DNA of 64,000 nucleotides from Leucoraja erinacea (Eukaryota): NCBI RefSeq assembly GCF_028641065.1, contig NC_073401.1, positions 24,366,001 to 24,430,000 of the forward strand, read 5' to 3'. Shown piece by piece: positions 1 to 12,057 of this stretch (position 1 is its first letter; each line of letters starts with the position of its first letter). The notes under the pieces were generated by a model. It saw only the letters and a program-made list of their open reading frames with translations, ran no database searches and was not told where the DNA came from. The position numbers and the translations under genes were made by a program.

Positions 1-219
1 TACCCTAAACTTCTGTCCCTTAATTCTGAAGTCATGTCCTCTTGTTTGAATCTTCCCTATTCTCAAAGGGAAAAGCTGATCCACATCAACTCTGTCTATC
101 CCTCTCATCATTTTAAAGACCTCTATCAAGTCCCCCCTTAACCTTCTGCGCTCCAGAGAATAAAGACCTAACTTAATCAACCTTTCTCTGTAACTTAGTT
201 GTTGAAACCCAGGCAACAT
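1..219 (-). mobile_element. CR1 LINE ORF2 C-terminal portion (continuation of the 1142-4215 element, split by an insertion)
   Basis: Reverse strand reads RGHDFRIKGQKFR-like CR1 C-terminus; joins seamlessly to 1142 across a duplicated AACAT. Confidence 0.75.
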
Positions 220-411
220 ACAAGATACAAGATACAAGATACAATTTATTTGTCATTTGGACCCCTTGAGGTCCAAACGAAATGATGTTTCTGCAGCCAT
301 ACATTACAAACAAATAGACCCAAGACACAACATAATTTACATAAACATCCATCACATTGCTGTGATGGAAGGCCAACAAAAACTTATCTCTCCACTGCAC
401 TCCACCCCCCC

Positions 412-454
<43 letters not shown>

Positions 455-1141
455 TGTCAGAGTCAAAGTCAAAGCCCCCGGCTGGCGATGGCGATTGTCC
501 CGCGGCCATTAAAGCCACGCCGGGTGATGGCAAGGTCGCACACCGGGTCCTGATGTTGGAGCCCCCGGCGTGCGCTCGCAGAGTCCCGCGACCATTCCAA
601 GCCGCGCGGGGCGGTGCTGTAAGGCCCCGCTCCAGGAGCTCTTCAACCCCGCAACTCGGGCGGGAGAAGTCGCCATTGCGGGAGCCCTGAAAAGCGGTCT
701 CCCTCCAGGGACCCGCGGGCTCCCGGTGCCGCCGTCCGCCAGACCTGCAGTTGCAGCCTCCGAATCTCCGGAGGTCGGGCCGCAGCAGCGCTCCACCACC
801 GCTCCACCCGCTCTGGACTCGGCCAGCTCCGCGACGGTGAGGTGAGTCGTCGGCACCAGAGCCCCCAGTCTTCCTGTTGGAGGCCGCTCCTCGTTACAGC
901 CCCAACGCCAACGCAGACCCGACAAAGAAAAGGTCGGGTCTCCCGTGCAGGGAGAGATTTAAAAGTTACCCCCTCCCTCCCACCCCACCCCACCCACCCC
1001 CCCACACACACACACACCCCAACAAAAAATAACAAAACTACATAATAACATAGACAAAAAATAATAGAAACGCAGATGGGCTGCAGAGGCCGCTGCTGAC
1101 GAGAGTCGCGCCGCCTACCTCGGGGAGGTCACTTAAGACTT
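220..1141 (-). mobile_element. Non-LTR retroposon 3' fragment inserted into CR1
   Basis: On the - strand it ends in AATAAA followed by a (TTGTATC)n tail at 220-250; flanked by AACAT at 215-219 and 1142-1146 (putative TSD); GC-rich body; family not identified. Confidence 0.6.
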
Positions 1142-4100
1142 AACATTCTAGTAAATCTCCTCTGTACTCACTCTATTTTGTTGACATCCTTCCTATAATT
1201 GGGTGACCAAAATTGTACACCATACTCCAGATTTGGTCTCACCAATGCCTTGTACAATTTTAAATTATTACATCCCAGCTTCTATAATGAATGCTCTGAT
1301 TTATAAAGGCTAGCATACCAAAAGCTTTCTTTACCACCCTATCTATATGAGATTCCACTTCAAGGAACTATGCACGGTTATTCCCAGATCCCTCTGTTCA
1401 AATGTATTCTTCAATTCCCTACCATTTACCATGTACGTCCTATTTTGATTTGTCCTGCCAAGGTGTAACACCTCACATTTATCAGCATTAAACTCCATCT
1501 GCCATCTTTCAGCCCATTCTCCCAAATGGCCTAAGTCACTCTGTAGACTTTGGAAATCCTCTTCATTATCCACAACACCCCCTATCTTGGTATCATCTGC
1601 ATACTTACTAATCCAATTTACCACACCTACATCCAGATCATTGATGTACATGACAAACAACAAAGGACCCAACACCGATCCCTGAGGCACCCCACTAGTC
1701 ACCTGCCTCCAACCCGACAAACAACCATACACCATTACCCTCTGGCTTCTCCCATTCAGCCACTGTTGAATCCATCTTGCTACTCCTGCATTTATACCCA
1801 ACAGTTGAACCTTCTTAACCAACCTTCCATGAGGAACCTTGTCAAAGGCCTTACTAAAGTCCATATAGACAACATCCACTGCTTTACCCTCGTCAATTTC
1901 CCTAGTAACCTCTTCAAAAAATTCAAGAAGATTAGTCAAACATGACCTTCCAGGCACAAATCCATGCTGACTGTTCCTAATCAGACCCTGTTTATCCAGA
2001 TGCTTATATATATTATCTCTAAGTATCTTTTCCATTAATTTGCCCACCACTGAAGTCAAACTAACAGGTCTATAATTGCTAGGTTTACTCTTAGAACCCT
2101 TTTTAAACAATGGAACAACATGCGCAGTACACCAATCCTCGGGGACTATTCCCGTTTCTAATGACATTTGAAATATTTCTGTCATAGCCCCGGCTATTTC
2201 TACACTAACTTCCCTCAATGTCCTAGGGAATATCCTGTCAGGACCTGGAGACTTATCCACTTTTATATTTTTCAAAAGTGTCAGTACTTCTTTTACTTTG
2301 AAACTCATAGTATCCATAGCTATTCTACTAGTTTCCCTTACCTCACATAATTCAATATCCTTCTCCTTGGTGAATACCAAAGAAAATAAATTGTTCAATA
2401 TCTCCCCCATCTCTTTTGGCTCTGCAGATAGCTGTCCACTCTGTCTCTCCAATGGACGAATTTTATCCCTTGTTATCCTTTTGCTATTAATATAGCTGTA
2501 GAAACCCTTTGGATTGACTTTCACCTTACTTGCCAAAGCAACCTCATGTCTTCTTTTAGCTTTTCTAATTTCTTTCTTAAGATTCTTTTTACATTCCTTA
2601 TACTACTCAAGCACCTCATTTACTTCATGCTGCCTATAATTATTGTAGATCTCCCTCTTTTTCCGAACAAGATGTCCAATTTCCCTTGAAAACCAGGGCT
2701 CTTTCCAATTTTTACTGTTTCCTATCAACCGAACAGGAACATAAAGATTCTGTACTCTTAAAATTTCCCCTTTAAATGTCCTCCATCTCTCTTCTACATC
2801 CTTCCCATAAAACAAAATGTCCCAGTTCACTCCTTTTAAATCATTTCGCATCTCATCAAAATTAGCCTTTCTCCAATCAAAAATCTCAACCCTAGGTCCA
2901 GTTCTGACCCTCTCCATAATTATATTGAAACTAATGGTATTGTGATCACTGGACCCGAAGTGCTCCCCAACGCATACCTCCGCCACCTGTCCCGTCTCAT
3001 TTCCTAACAGGAGGTCCAACACTGCCCCTCCTCTAGTAGGTACCTCTATGTATTGCTGCAAAAAACTATCCTGCACACATTTTACAAACTCCAAACCATC
3101 CAGCCCATTTACCGAATGTGTTTCCTAGTCTATGTGTGGAAAGTTGAAATCTCCCACAATCACTACTTTGTGCTTACTACTAATATCTGCAATCTCCTTA
3201 CATATTTGCTCTTCCAATTCTCGATCCCCATTTGGCGGTCTATAATACACCCCTATAAGTGTTGCTACCCCTTTCCCACTTCTCAGTTCCACCCAAATAG
3301 CCTCCCTAGATGAGCCCTCCAATCTATCCTGCCAAAGCACTGCTGTAATATCTTCCCTGACTAGTAATGCAACACCTCCAACTCTTGCCCCTCCAATTCT
3401 ATCACACTTGAAGCAACGAAATCCGGGAATATTTAGTTTCCAATCACAGCCCTCCTGCAACCATGTTTCACTGATCGCCACAACATCATACTTCCAGGTG
3501 TCTATCCAGACTCTAAGCTCATCCACCTTTCTTACAATGCTCCTAGCATTAAAATATGCACATTTAAGAAACCCCCCGCCTCTTATTCTCTGTTTATTTC
3601 CTTTTTTTTTCTTTCTCTTCTTGTGCCCGAGTGCTTCCCTTTTCTGCTTCCTGCCTCCCATTCTGTCTACTAGCTTTCTCTATTTGAGTCCCTCGCCCCA
3701 ACCATTCTAGTTTAAAGTCTCCCCAGTAGCCTTTGCAAATTTCCCCGCCAGGATATTGGTCCCCCTCGGGTTCAAGTGCAACCCATCCTTTCTGTACAGG
3801 TCCCACCTTCCCCAAAAGAAGTCCCAATGATCCAGAAACTTGAATCCCTGCCCTCTGCACCAGTCTTTCAGCCACGCATTTATCCTCCACCTCGCTCCAT
3901 TCCTACTCTCACTGTCGTGTGGCACAGGCAGTAATCCTGAGATTGTTACCTTTTTGGTCCTTTTCCTTAACTCTCCTCCCAACTCCCTAAATCCTCCCTT
4001 CAGGACCTCTTCCCTTTTTTTACCTATGTCATTGGTACCTATATGTACCACAACCTCAGGCTCCTCTCCCTCTGATTTCAGGATATCTTGGACGCGTTGA

Positions 4101-4215
4101 GACACGTCCGAGACCTTGGCACCAGGGAGGCAGACCACCATCCTGGTCTCCCGACTGCGTCCACAGAATCACCTATCCGAACCCCTAACAATAGAGTCCC
4201 CAATTACTATTGCCC
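1142..4215 (-). mobile_element. CR1-clade LINE with disrupted ORF1 (SGNH esterase-like) and ORF2 (APE endonuclease + reverse transcriptase)
   Basis: ORF 3707-4141 has VVVHIGTND and DGLHLN (esterase motifs); 3125-3661 has NARSI, ISETWL, GVYYRPP, GDFNFP (APE); 1343-2536 has NYRPVSLTS, DFSKAFD, GVPQGSVLGP, YADD (RT); in-frame stops split the ORFs. Confidence 0.95.
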
Positions 4216-5705
4216 TCCCTCCCCCTTCCTCTCTCCCTCCCCACTATTTCCCCTCTCTCCCCCCACCCCTCTCCCCTCCCTCCACACTTTTTCCCTCCCT
4301 TCCCTGCCCCATTTCCCTCCCCCCTCCGCCACACCTCTCTCCCCCCTCCCCATCCCTCTCTCCTCTCCCCATCCCTCTTGCCCCCCTCCCCATCCCTCTC
4401 TCCTCCCTTTCTCCATCTCCCTCTCCTCACCCCTCTACCTCTCCTCCCCCTTCTCCTCCCATCCCCATCCCTCTCTCCCCCACCCCCTTCCCTCTCCCCC
4501 TTCCCTCCCCACCCCCTTCCCTCTCTCTTCCGTACCCTCTTCCCCCTCCCCACTCCTCCCCCTCCATCCACACTCTTCCCCCTCCACCCCCTACCCTTGG
4601 GGCCCTTGTGGCTAAGGGGATCAGGGGGTATGGAGAGAAGGCAGGTACGGGATACTGAGTTGGATGATCAGCCATGATCATATTGAATGGCGATGCAGAC
4701 TCGAAGGGCCGAATGGCCCACTCCTGCACCTAATTTCTATGTTTCTATCTCCCTCCTCGCCTCCCTCCCCTCTCCCCCACACCTCTCCCCCCTCCCCCCC
4801 CCTCCCCTCTCTCTCCATCTCCCTCTCTCCATCTCTCCCTCATCACCCCTCCCTCTCCCTCTCCCTCTCCACCTCTCCCCCCACCCCCCCATCCCTCTCC
4901 CCCACCCCCTCCCCTCCTCTCCCCCACACCTTCCCCCCTCTCACCCCTCTGACCTTCTTCCACCACTCCTCCTACCCCCTCCCTCCCCACTCTTCCACAC
5001 TCTCCCCCTCATCATTGGCTATATTTAAGAGGGAGTTAGATGTGGCCCCTGTGGCTAAAGGGGTGAGGGGGTATGGAGAGAAAGCAGGTACAGGATACTG
5101 AGTTGGATGATCGGCCATGATCATATTGAATAGCGGTGCAGTCTCGAAGGGCCGAAAGGCCTACTCCTGCACTTAATTTCTATGCTTCTATGTTTCTCTC
5201 CTCCTCATCCCCCTCCCACCCATCCCTCTCTCCCCCACCCCCCCTTCACTCTCTCCCCCCCCCCCCTTCCCTCTCTCCCCCGCCCCCTTCCCTTCCCTTC
5301 TGTCCCTCTTCCACCACTCCCCCTACCCCTCCCTCCCCACTCTTCCACTCCCCCTCATCCCACACCTCTCCCCCCCCCCTCACCCCCCCCCTCTCTCACC
5401 CCCTCATTTCCCCCGCCCTCCCCTCTCTCCCCCCACCCCTTCCCCCTACCCCTCTGACCCTCTTCCACCACTCCTCCTACCCCTCCCTCCCCACTCTTCC
5501 ACACTCTCCCTCACCCCCACCCTCTCCCTCCCCACCCCTCACTCTCCCCCCCCCCCTCCCCTCTCTCCCCCCACACCTTCCCCCTACCCCTCTGTCCCTC
5601 TTGTATCACTCCCCTACCCCCCCCCCTCCCCCCCACTCTACCCTCCCCCCCCCCCTCCCTCCCCACTATTTCCCCTCTCACCCCCACCCCTCTCCTCTTC
5701 CCTCC
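4216..5705. repeat. C/T-rich low-complexity tract with two embedded CR1 3'-end fragments (~4595-4745, ~5010-5195)
   Basis: Polypyrimidine sequence; embedded segments end in (TTTCTATG)n tails. Confidence 0.85.
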
Positions 5706-6236
5706 CTGGTTAGTGTGGTTAGTGTGAGGGTGATGCCCAGCGGGTCTGCACTTGGTCTAGTATCTAATAAAACCAGTGTTGTTGCTTCATGATGAAAGTT
5801 TGTTCAACTTTGCAATAATTCTCCTGCAATGTTCTATTTGCAATGTTCTAATTGTAAAATAACCCCCCACTTTCATAAATGTGTGCATGCATATATCTGT
5901 CGTTTTGTTGCTAGTCGACACTCCCGGCACACAAGGGGTAATCCACCTTCAATAATTGAAGGCCAAAAGGAAAGAGACAACTGCGGTATTCTTCTCTCTA
6001 TGAGGGTTGTCTACAGATCCACGTCCACCCGCCCAATCCAGTGCCTCCTTCATGGAAGCCCAGACTGACTAACGACCATCTGACTATGGACAGCATCACG
6101 GCCAAGGTGTAGCCTGACCTCTACTACGCCATTTCCAAGCTGTCCGGAGCAGTTTGTTTTCTCCAGCCCAGTCAAACTCAAGTCAAGTCAAGTTCACCCC
6201 CCCCCCCCCCCCCCCCCCCCAATTACAATTTGACTC

Positions 6237-6342
6237 CAGCTGTATCAACGGAAGTTTAGCCTTTATCTTATCCACATTAACAGATGCCATGACGTGATCC
6301 AGGGGTCTGAACCTGGACGTTGGTCGAGGCTGACTATAAAAA
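6237..6342 (+). promoter_or_regulatory. PLA2 copy A proximal promoter: E-boxes CAGCTG/CAGATG, tandem GATA, TGACGTGA, TATA box (6335-6342)
   Basis: TATAAAAA ~55-60 nt upstream of ATG 6397; same motif order in all four paralogues. Confidence 0.75.
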
Positions 6343-6396
6343 GCATGGGCTGAGCATTCAGAGTATTGATTCCAGGACTAGACACAGCAAACTAAG

Positions 6397-6430
6397 ATGT
6401 TGGGGCTACTTCTGGTACTTCTGCTCCCAG
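6397..6430 (+). CDS. PLA2G1B: PLA2 copy A exon 1 (signal peptide)
   Basis: ATG...CCAG|gtaacg; [11 protein letters not shown]. Confidence 0.9.
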
Positions 6431-7741
6431 GTAACGAGTCTCTCCCCCGCCTCAGCCTTGCCTTGGACGTTGTTCGCTTGATGTTCTAACGTGATTGTTT
6501 CTGTCAGGTTGCCTCCCCCCTGGTGTAGCCGGCGGTGACACTGAGTCCCTTCAGCCCAGAAACCTCTTGCAGTTCCGCAAGTTGATTAAGTGCGCCATCC
6601 CCGAAAGCAACCCGACGCGGATGTTCAACAACTACGGATGTTACTGCGGGCCTGGTGGACAGGGGGAACCGGTGGATGATCTGGACAGGTGGGTCGATGC
6701 AGAGGTCTGTCTGGAGCCGGGTCCCACACATTGCAGGCCAGGGCTGGCTCTGGCCCAGACAATTGTTCGTCTCCATTTACTGAAGCTGCAGGATTGAACC
6801 TTCACTGCAGGCCATTCATTCTTCACATTCAGAATAGCCCAATAGATTTTCCCATGAGCTGTGAAATGTATGTTTTATGAAATATTCTTGGGTGCCACTG
6901 ACTTATATTGTCGCCTAGGGTTTGGAGCCATTCTAGTTTACAGATACAGCATGGAAACAGGCCATTTGGCCCATCGGGTCCATGCCAACCATCGTTCACA
7001 CTAGTCACAGTATGGGGGGAAACTGGAGCACCTGAGTTTAGCGCCTGAGGAAACTCATTGGGTCACAGGGAGAACGTGCAAACTCCACACACATATGACC
7101 CGAGGTCTGGATTGAACCCGGGTAACAGCAACTCTACCGCTGCGCCACCGTGCCGCCCTCACTGTTCCTGCCTCACTTCAGGCAGCTCCTGGTTGCAAGT
7201 ATTCCCATCCCACAATGAGTCTCCCACCCCACCGCCCACAGGTCCAATGTGGATCTCAAACCTGCTCAGGCTGGTTCCGCTCTGATCACCTCGGGACTAT
7301 TTTGCTGCATATGATGTTTGTGCTGCTGCAAACCATCAGTCAAAGTGTTGTGTTGATTATGGTTGCAGTGTTTCCTACCTGACATGACCCATGTTCTTGC
7401 AGGTGCTGTCAGACACACGACAAATGTTATAGCGCGGCTAAGAGCAAGCGCTGCATATTGCACAAGCACCCCAAACTTGTGCCCTACAAGTTCACCTGTT
7501 CAGACAAGACCGTGACTTGCGGCAGTGAGTATGGTCCAGGAGAGGCTTGGAAAATTATTGCCTTCACAATCCATGGGCAATATGTTCCTAATAATGCGTT
7601 TTCCGTTTCTTTTCAGGTAAAAATAAAAAATGTGCGCAGATTGCCTGTGAATGTGATAGCAATGCGGCCGCTTGCTTCGCCAAAGCATTTCCCACGTACA
7701 AAAAAGAATACAAGAGTATGGATAAATCCAGCTGTAAATAG
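6397..7741 (+). CDS. PLA2G1B: Group IB secreted phospholipase A2, copy A (146 aa, cationic); join(6397..6430,6529..6688,7403..7524,7617..7741)
   Basis: GT-AG introns; exons 34/160/122/125 nt; [22 protein letters not shown]|[124 protein letters not shown]; Ca loop, H48/D49/D99, 14 Cys incl. C11/C77. Paralogue (PLA2G1B-like). Confidence 0.93.
6529..6688 (+). CDS. PLA2G1B: PLA2 copy A exon 2 (propeptide, N-helix, Ca2+ loop)
   Basis: tggtgtag|CC...GACAG|gtgggt; YGCYCGPGG. Confidence 0.92.
7403..7524 (+). CDS. PLA2G1B: PLA2 copy A exon 3 (catalytic His-Asp)
   Basis: ttgcag|G TGC TGT CAG ACA CAC GAC...GGC A|gtgagt; CCQTHDKCY. Confidence 0.93.
7617..7741 (+). CDS. PLA2G1B: PLA2 copy A exon 4 (coding part)
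   Basis: ttttcag|GT AAA...CECD..AAACF...TGT AAA TAG. Confidence 0.92.
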
Positions 7742-8899
7742 GGCCTCAACGTGTCCCTGCGTTTACGAGTCTCCTCGACTCTGTGGGGAATACTTGCCTT
7801 ACAGGTTGCATCCTGCAGTTTGCTTCCAGCAACTCGAGGGACCATTGATCGATCTCCTTGTTTGCTACGTTAATGTAATCAGTAATCTCATTTAAATCAA
7901 ACACTCCTTATCCCGTTCTCACCGTCTTTCACTATCTGTGCCACTCATGATGCTAAAGACTGGATCGCTTCAATCTCCCTGCAGTGAAAGCTAATTCTGG
8001 TTTGTGTCTCTTCCCATAACGTTCATAACCAAAATCTGCAATTATCCGTGTCCAATATCCTCACTCCCTCTCCAAAATATGAATGCAGCAGCATTGGGGA
8101 ATCCTATTGAAAATCCAGGTTTACATCCTATTGGGATGTTCACACCCGCAGTCCAGGGCTTTCTTCTAATTAATGCTGTCACTACTAAATTCTGCAATGA
8201 ACGTATCTAATGGTCATTCTTAATGACATTGTCTGTGGCTCAGTTAACGAAGGTGGTGGTCGTGTATTTTCTATAATCTATTAAAATGATTTGAGCATGT
8301 TCAAGGTTGCATGGTGTCTCATTTCTTGTGTCTCACTCTTGTGTCAAACCACAAATGTCACAGCAAGAAAGAACCGTCAAAGCAAGTATGGGCTGGGACT
8401 TCTCTTGGATCTTCTCAATTCAACTGGCAAACATAACCTGTACCTGACAGGACACCAAGCGCTGGAGTAACTCATTGAGTCGTTGCATCTCTGTGATAAG
8501 TGACATTTTGGGTCGGGATTCTTAGTTGAGTTAAGATTAGTTTAGTTTAGGTTAACTCTAAACTTTAGAGATGCAACGTGCAAACAGGCCCTTTAACCCA
8601 CAAAGTCCACGCTGACCAGTGATCACCGCACACTATCCCACACCCAAGGGGCAATTTACGGAAGCCAATTAACCAGCTGGTCTAAACCAGCATCTGCAGT
8701 TTCTTCCTTCAATGTACAATGGCCAATTCCTATCCTACACTCATAAGGACAATATTACTGAAACCAATTAACCTATAGACTCTGCATGTCAACTGGTGCA
8801 CTAGGAGAAGTTCCACACAGTCACAGGGAGAACGTACAAACTCCTTACAGACAGCGCCCATGGTCAGGATCAAACATGGGTCACTGGCTTGATTGATAG

Positions 8900-9180
8900 A
8901 CCACTGGGATCTCTTCTGAGGTACGAGTGACTTGTACAAAAGGGACGGGTTACACCTTAACTTGAGGGGGAACAACGTTCTGGCAGGCAGGTTTGCTAGT
9001 GCTACACGTGCGGGTTGAAACTAAAGTGTGGGGGTAAGGGATTGACAAATTGGGAGTATAAAGAGGGAGTTGAAGGAGAAGTGAGTACAGGAATAGTTAC
9101 CAAAGAATCCAGAATTAATGGGAAGGAAAATTAGAGAAGGGATAAGAAACTTCGAGAAGGGATAAGGGCCAAGGGTCCTG
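8900..9180 (+). mobile_element. Degraded CR1 ORF1 3' fragment (duplicated at ~19587-19870)
   Basis: Translates as HWDLF*GTSDLYKRDGLHLN, similar to the ORF1 end of the 1142-4215 element. Confidence 0.65.
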
Positions 9181-9565
9181 ATTACGGGAGCCCTGGTTTA
9201 AATTTACGTCGTGCTTTAATACAGGAGAGATTTTGTTCGTGGTTAAGAGATTCAGAGTTGGATTTTTCCAGTGTTTGTATTTGGTGTTTGGACCAGATTA
9301 GATCCGGAATTAACACACCAGCCCAGTTGTGACACCAGGACAATGGCTCTTTAAGGCCAAAATAAGACTCTGCACTATTAAGAGCTTTGAAACTTGAAGG
9401 GCACAAGTTGGCACCAGAAAGTGGCGACTATTCGTGTACTGCCTTGGTGAAGTCTACTATACTTACACCACAACCATCGCACTTTTTGTTCATCTATGCC
9501 TGGTCTTATCCATACTGCTGTATGATATTATCGCGTTGTACGCAATACAAAACATTTCACTGTAG

Positions 9566-10510
9566 ATCAGTCACGCATGATTTCCCATTCGTAAATCCAT
9601 GCTGACTTGGACCGATCCTGTTACTGCTATCCAAATGTGCCGGTATTTCATCTTTTATGATTGACTCCCGCATCTTCCCCACCACCGATGTCAGGCTAAC
9701 TGATCTGTTGTTCCCTGTTTTCTCTCTCCCGCCTTTCTTAAAAAGTGGGATTACATTAGCTACCCTCCAATCCACAGGAACTAATCCTGAATCTATAGAA
9801 CATTGGAAAATGATCACCAATGCGTCTGCGATTTCTAGAGCCACTTCCTTAAGTACCCTGGGATGCAGACCATCAGGCCCTGGGGATTTATCAGCCTTCA
9901 ATCCCATCAGTCAACTAAACACCATTTTCTGCCTAATGTGGATTTCCTTCAGTTCCTCCATCACCCCACATATTCTGGTCACTAGTATATCAGGGAGATT
10001 GTTTGTGTCCTCCTTAGTGAAGACGGATCCAAAGTACCTGTTCAACTCATCTGCCATTTCCTTGTTCCACATAATAAATTCACCTTTTTCAGTCTTCAAG
10101 GGCCCAACATTGGTCTTAACTAATTTTTTTCCTTTTCACATACCTAAAGAAGCTTTTACTATCCTCCTTTATATTCTTGGCTAGCTTACCTTCGTACCTC
10201 ATCCTTTCTCCCTGTGTTGTCTTTTTAGTTATCTTCTGTTCCTCTTTAAACATTACCCGATCCTCTTGCTTCCCGCTCATCTTTGCTACGTTGTACTTCT
10301 TCTCTTTTATTTTTATACCGTCCCTGACGCCCCTTGGAATCAGCCACGGTCGCCCCTTACTCCCCTTGGAATCTTTCTTCCTCTTTGGACTGAACTGATC
10401 CTGCACCTTCTGTGTTATTCCTAGAAATACCTGCCATTGTTGTTCCACTGTCATCCCTGCTAGGGTATCTTTCCAGTCAACTTTGGCCAGCTCCTCCCTC
10501 ATGGCTCCAT
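9566..10510 (-). mobile_element. CR1 ORF2 internal fragment
   Basis: ORFs with [34 protein letters not shown]. Confidence 0.9.
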
Positions 10511-10841
10511 AGCGCGTCTTTGAAATGTGGGAGGAAACCGGGGCACCCGGAGGAAACCCATGCGGACGCAGGGAGAACGTGCAAACTCCACCCAGACAGC
10601 ACCTGAGGTCAGGATCGAACCTGTGTCTCTGGCGCTGTGAGGCAGTGGCACTACCTACTGTGCCACTATGCTAGCCTACGTATACTGTGTATGCTGAGCG
10701 GCACTGGGTGTGCAGAATAGGATTAGATGGGAGACTCGGGCAGAGTAGTTCGAGGTAGTTTAGTGTATGGTGATATGTACTGAGGTACAGTGAAATCTTT
10801 TGTTGCATGCTAACCAGTCAGCGGAAAGACTGCACATGAGC

Positions 10842-11760
10842 ACAATACAACAGTACAATGCAATAGAACTTTATTCATCCCAGGAGGGAAATTGATCTGC
10901 CAACTGTCATAAAACACAAAATACATGAAACATGAAATTAAAGTGACGAGTGGAAAGGATTGGGGATGTGCAAAGATTGGGGAGGTGGAGTCAGTCTACC
11001 CCACGACAGAAGGGGAGGAGTTGTACAGTTTGATAGCCACAGGGAAGAAGGATCTCCTGTGGCGTTCTGTGCTGCATCTTGGTGGAACCAGTCTGTTGCT
11101 GAAGGTGCTCCTCAGGTTGACCAGTGTGTCATGGAGGGGATGGGCTGTATTGTCCAGGATGCGTCCGCAGCCTTCGCCCTGCTGCCCCAGCACACGGCAG
11201 CGAAGAAGATGGCACTGGCTACCACCGGTTGGTAGAATATCTGCAGCATCTCACTGCAGACGTTGAGGGAGCAGAGCCTTCTCAAACAGTACGGCCGGCT
11301 CTGTCCCTTCTTGTACAGGGCCTCAGCGTGCCTGGACCAGTCCAGTTTACTGTCCAGGTACACTCCCAGGTATTTGTACTCCCTGGTAAACTGAACATCC
11401 ACACCAAGGATGGAGACAGGGGACCGGGGTGCTCCTCTCCTCCTAAAGTCCACCACCGTTAACCCCTTAGTCTTGTCGGTGTTGAGCTGCAGGTGATTCA
11501 GCCCACACCACGCGACAAAGCCGTTGACTACACCTCTGTATTCAGCTTCCCTCCCATCACTGATGCAGCCCACAATTGCAGTCATCTGAAAACGTGTGCA
11601 GGTGGGAGGAGTCCGAGTTGTATCCGGTCCACAGTCGGGCCGTCCACAGTGTACAGATACATGACGAAGGGAGTATTGCGTGTGGTAGGTCAGTAGATCC
11701 ACTGCCCGCCTCACCCCTGCTCCCGAGGGCAACGGTGAACCTCAGCCACACGGGGTCAAA
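10842..11760 (-). mobile_element. Rex1/Babar-like LINE 3' fragment (RT C-terminus)
   Basis: EYKYLGVYLDSKLDW, KKGQSR..LRRL, RCSTERHRRSFFPVAIKLYN; 3' end GGGATGAATAAAG + short tandem tail. Confidence 0.8.
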
Positions 11761-12057
11761 CATCTAACGCATGGCCAGGCCACATCAGTGTGAGAAAATG
11801 GGGTGGTGTGAGTGTGGTCTGCGTCACAGAGTGGGAACCATGGGGCCACATTTCCCCCAGTGTTTGTCAGATGAGGTGACCTGGTGTGTGCCAGAGGGAA
11901 GTGGCCGGAATGATGGGAGAGGGCGGTGGTGATGGTCTCAGGCAACGTGATCATGGTAGAGGCCCCGGTCAATAAGAGGGAGAAAGAGCCCACCTTGCCC
12001 AACCACCCTCCGCCAACTCCACTTTCCAGAGGCTATTTGATGGGCTGCGCATGTTTT

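Larger units (their letters stand above)
5827..12047 (+). repeat. Segmental duplication unit 1 (carries PLA2 copy A)
   Basis: Near-identical to 15538-23182 from CAATGTTCTATTTG to TTTGATGGGCTG, including shared TE fragments. Confidence 0.93.

Noticed and set aside
1343-2536. Reverse transcriptase as a retron/DGR or domesticated gene
   Set aside because: Ordinary CR1 LINE ORF2 with upstream APE and ORF1 remnants and inactivating stops
4088-5792. Long Pro/Ser/Leu- or Gly/Arg/Glu-rich ORFs
   Set aside because: Artefacts of C/T low-complexity sequence lacking stop codons
6495-6797. Single-exon 100-aa PLA2-like ORF (also 14178-14480, 16176-16499)
   Set aside because: Only exon 2 is real; the rest is intron read-through
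7458-7895. 145-aa ORF (and 18138-18581)
   Set aside because: Reads exon 3 into intron 3 and then exon 4 out of frame
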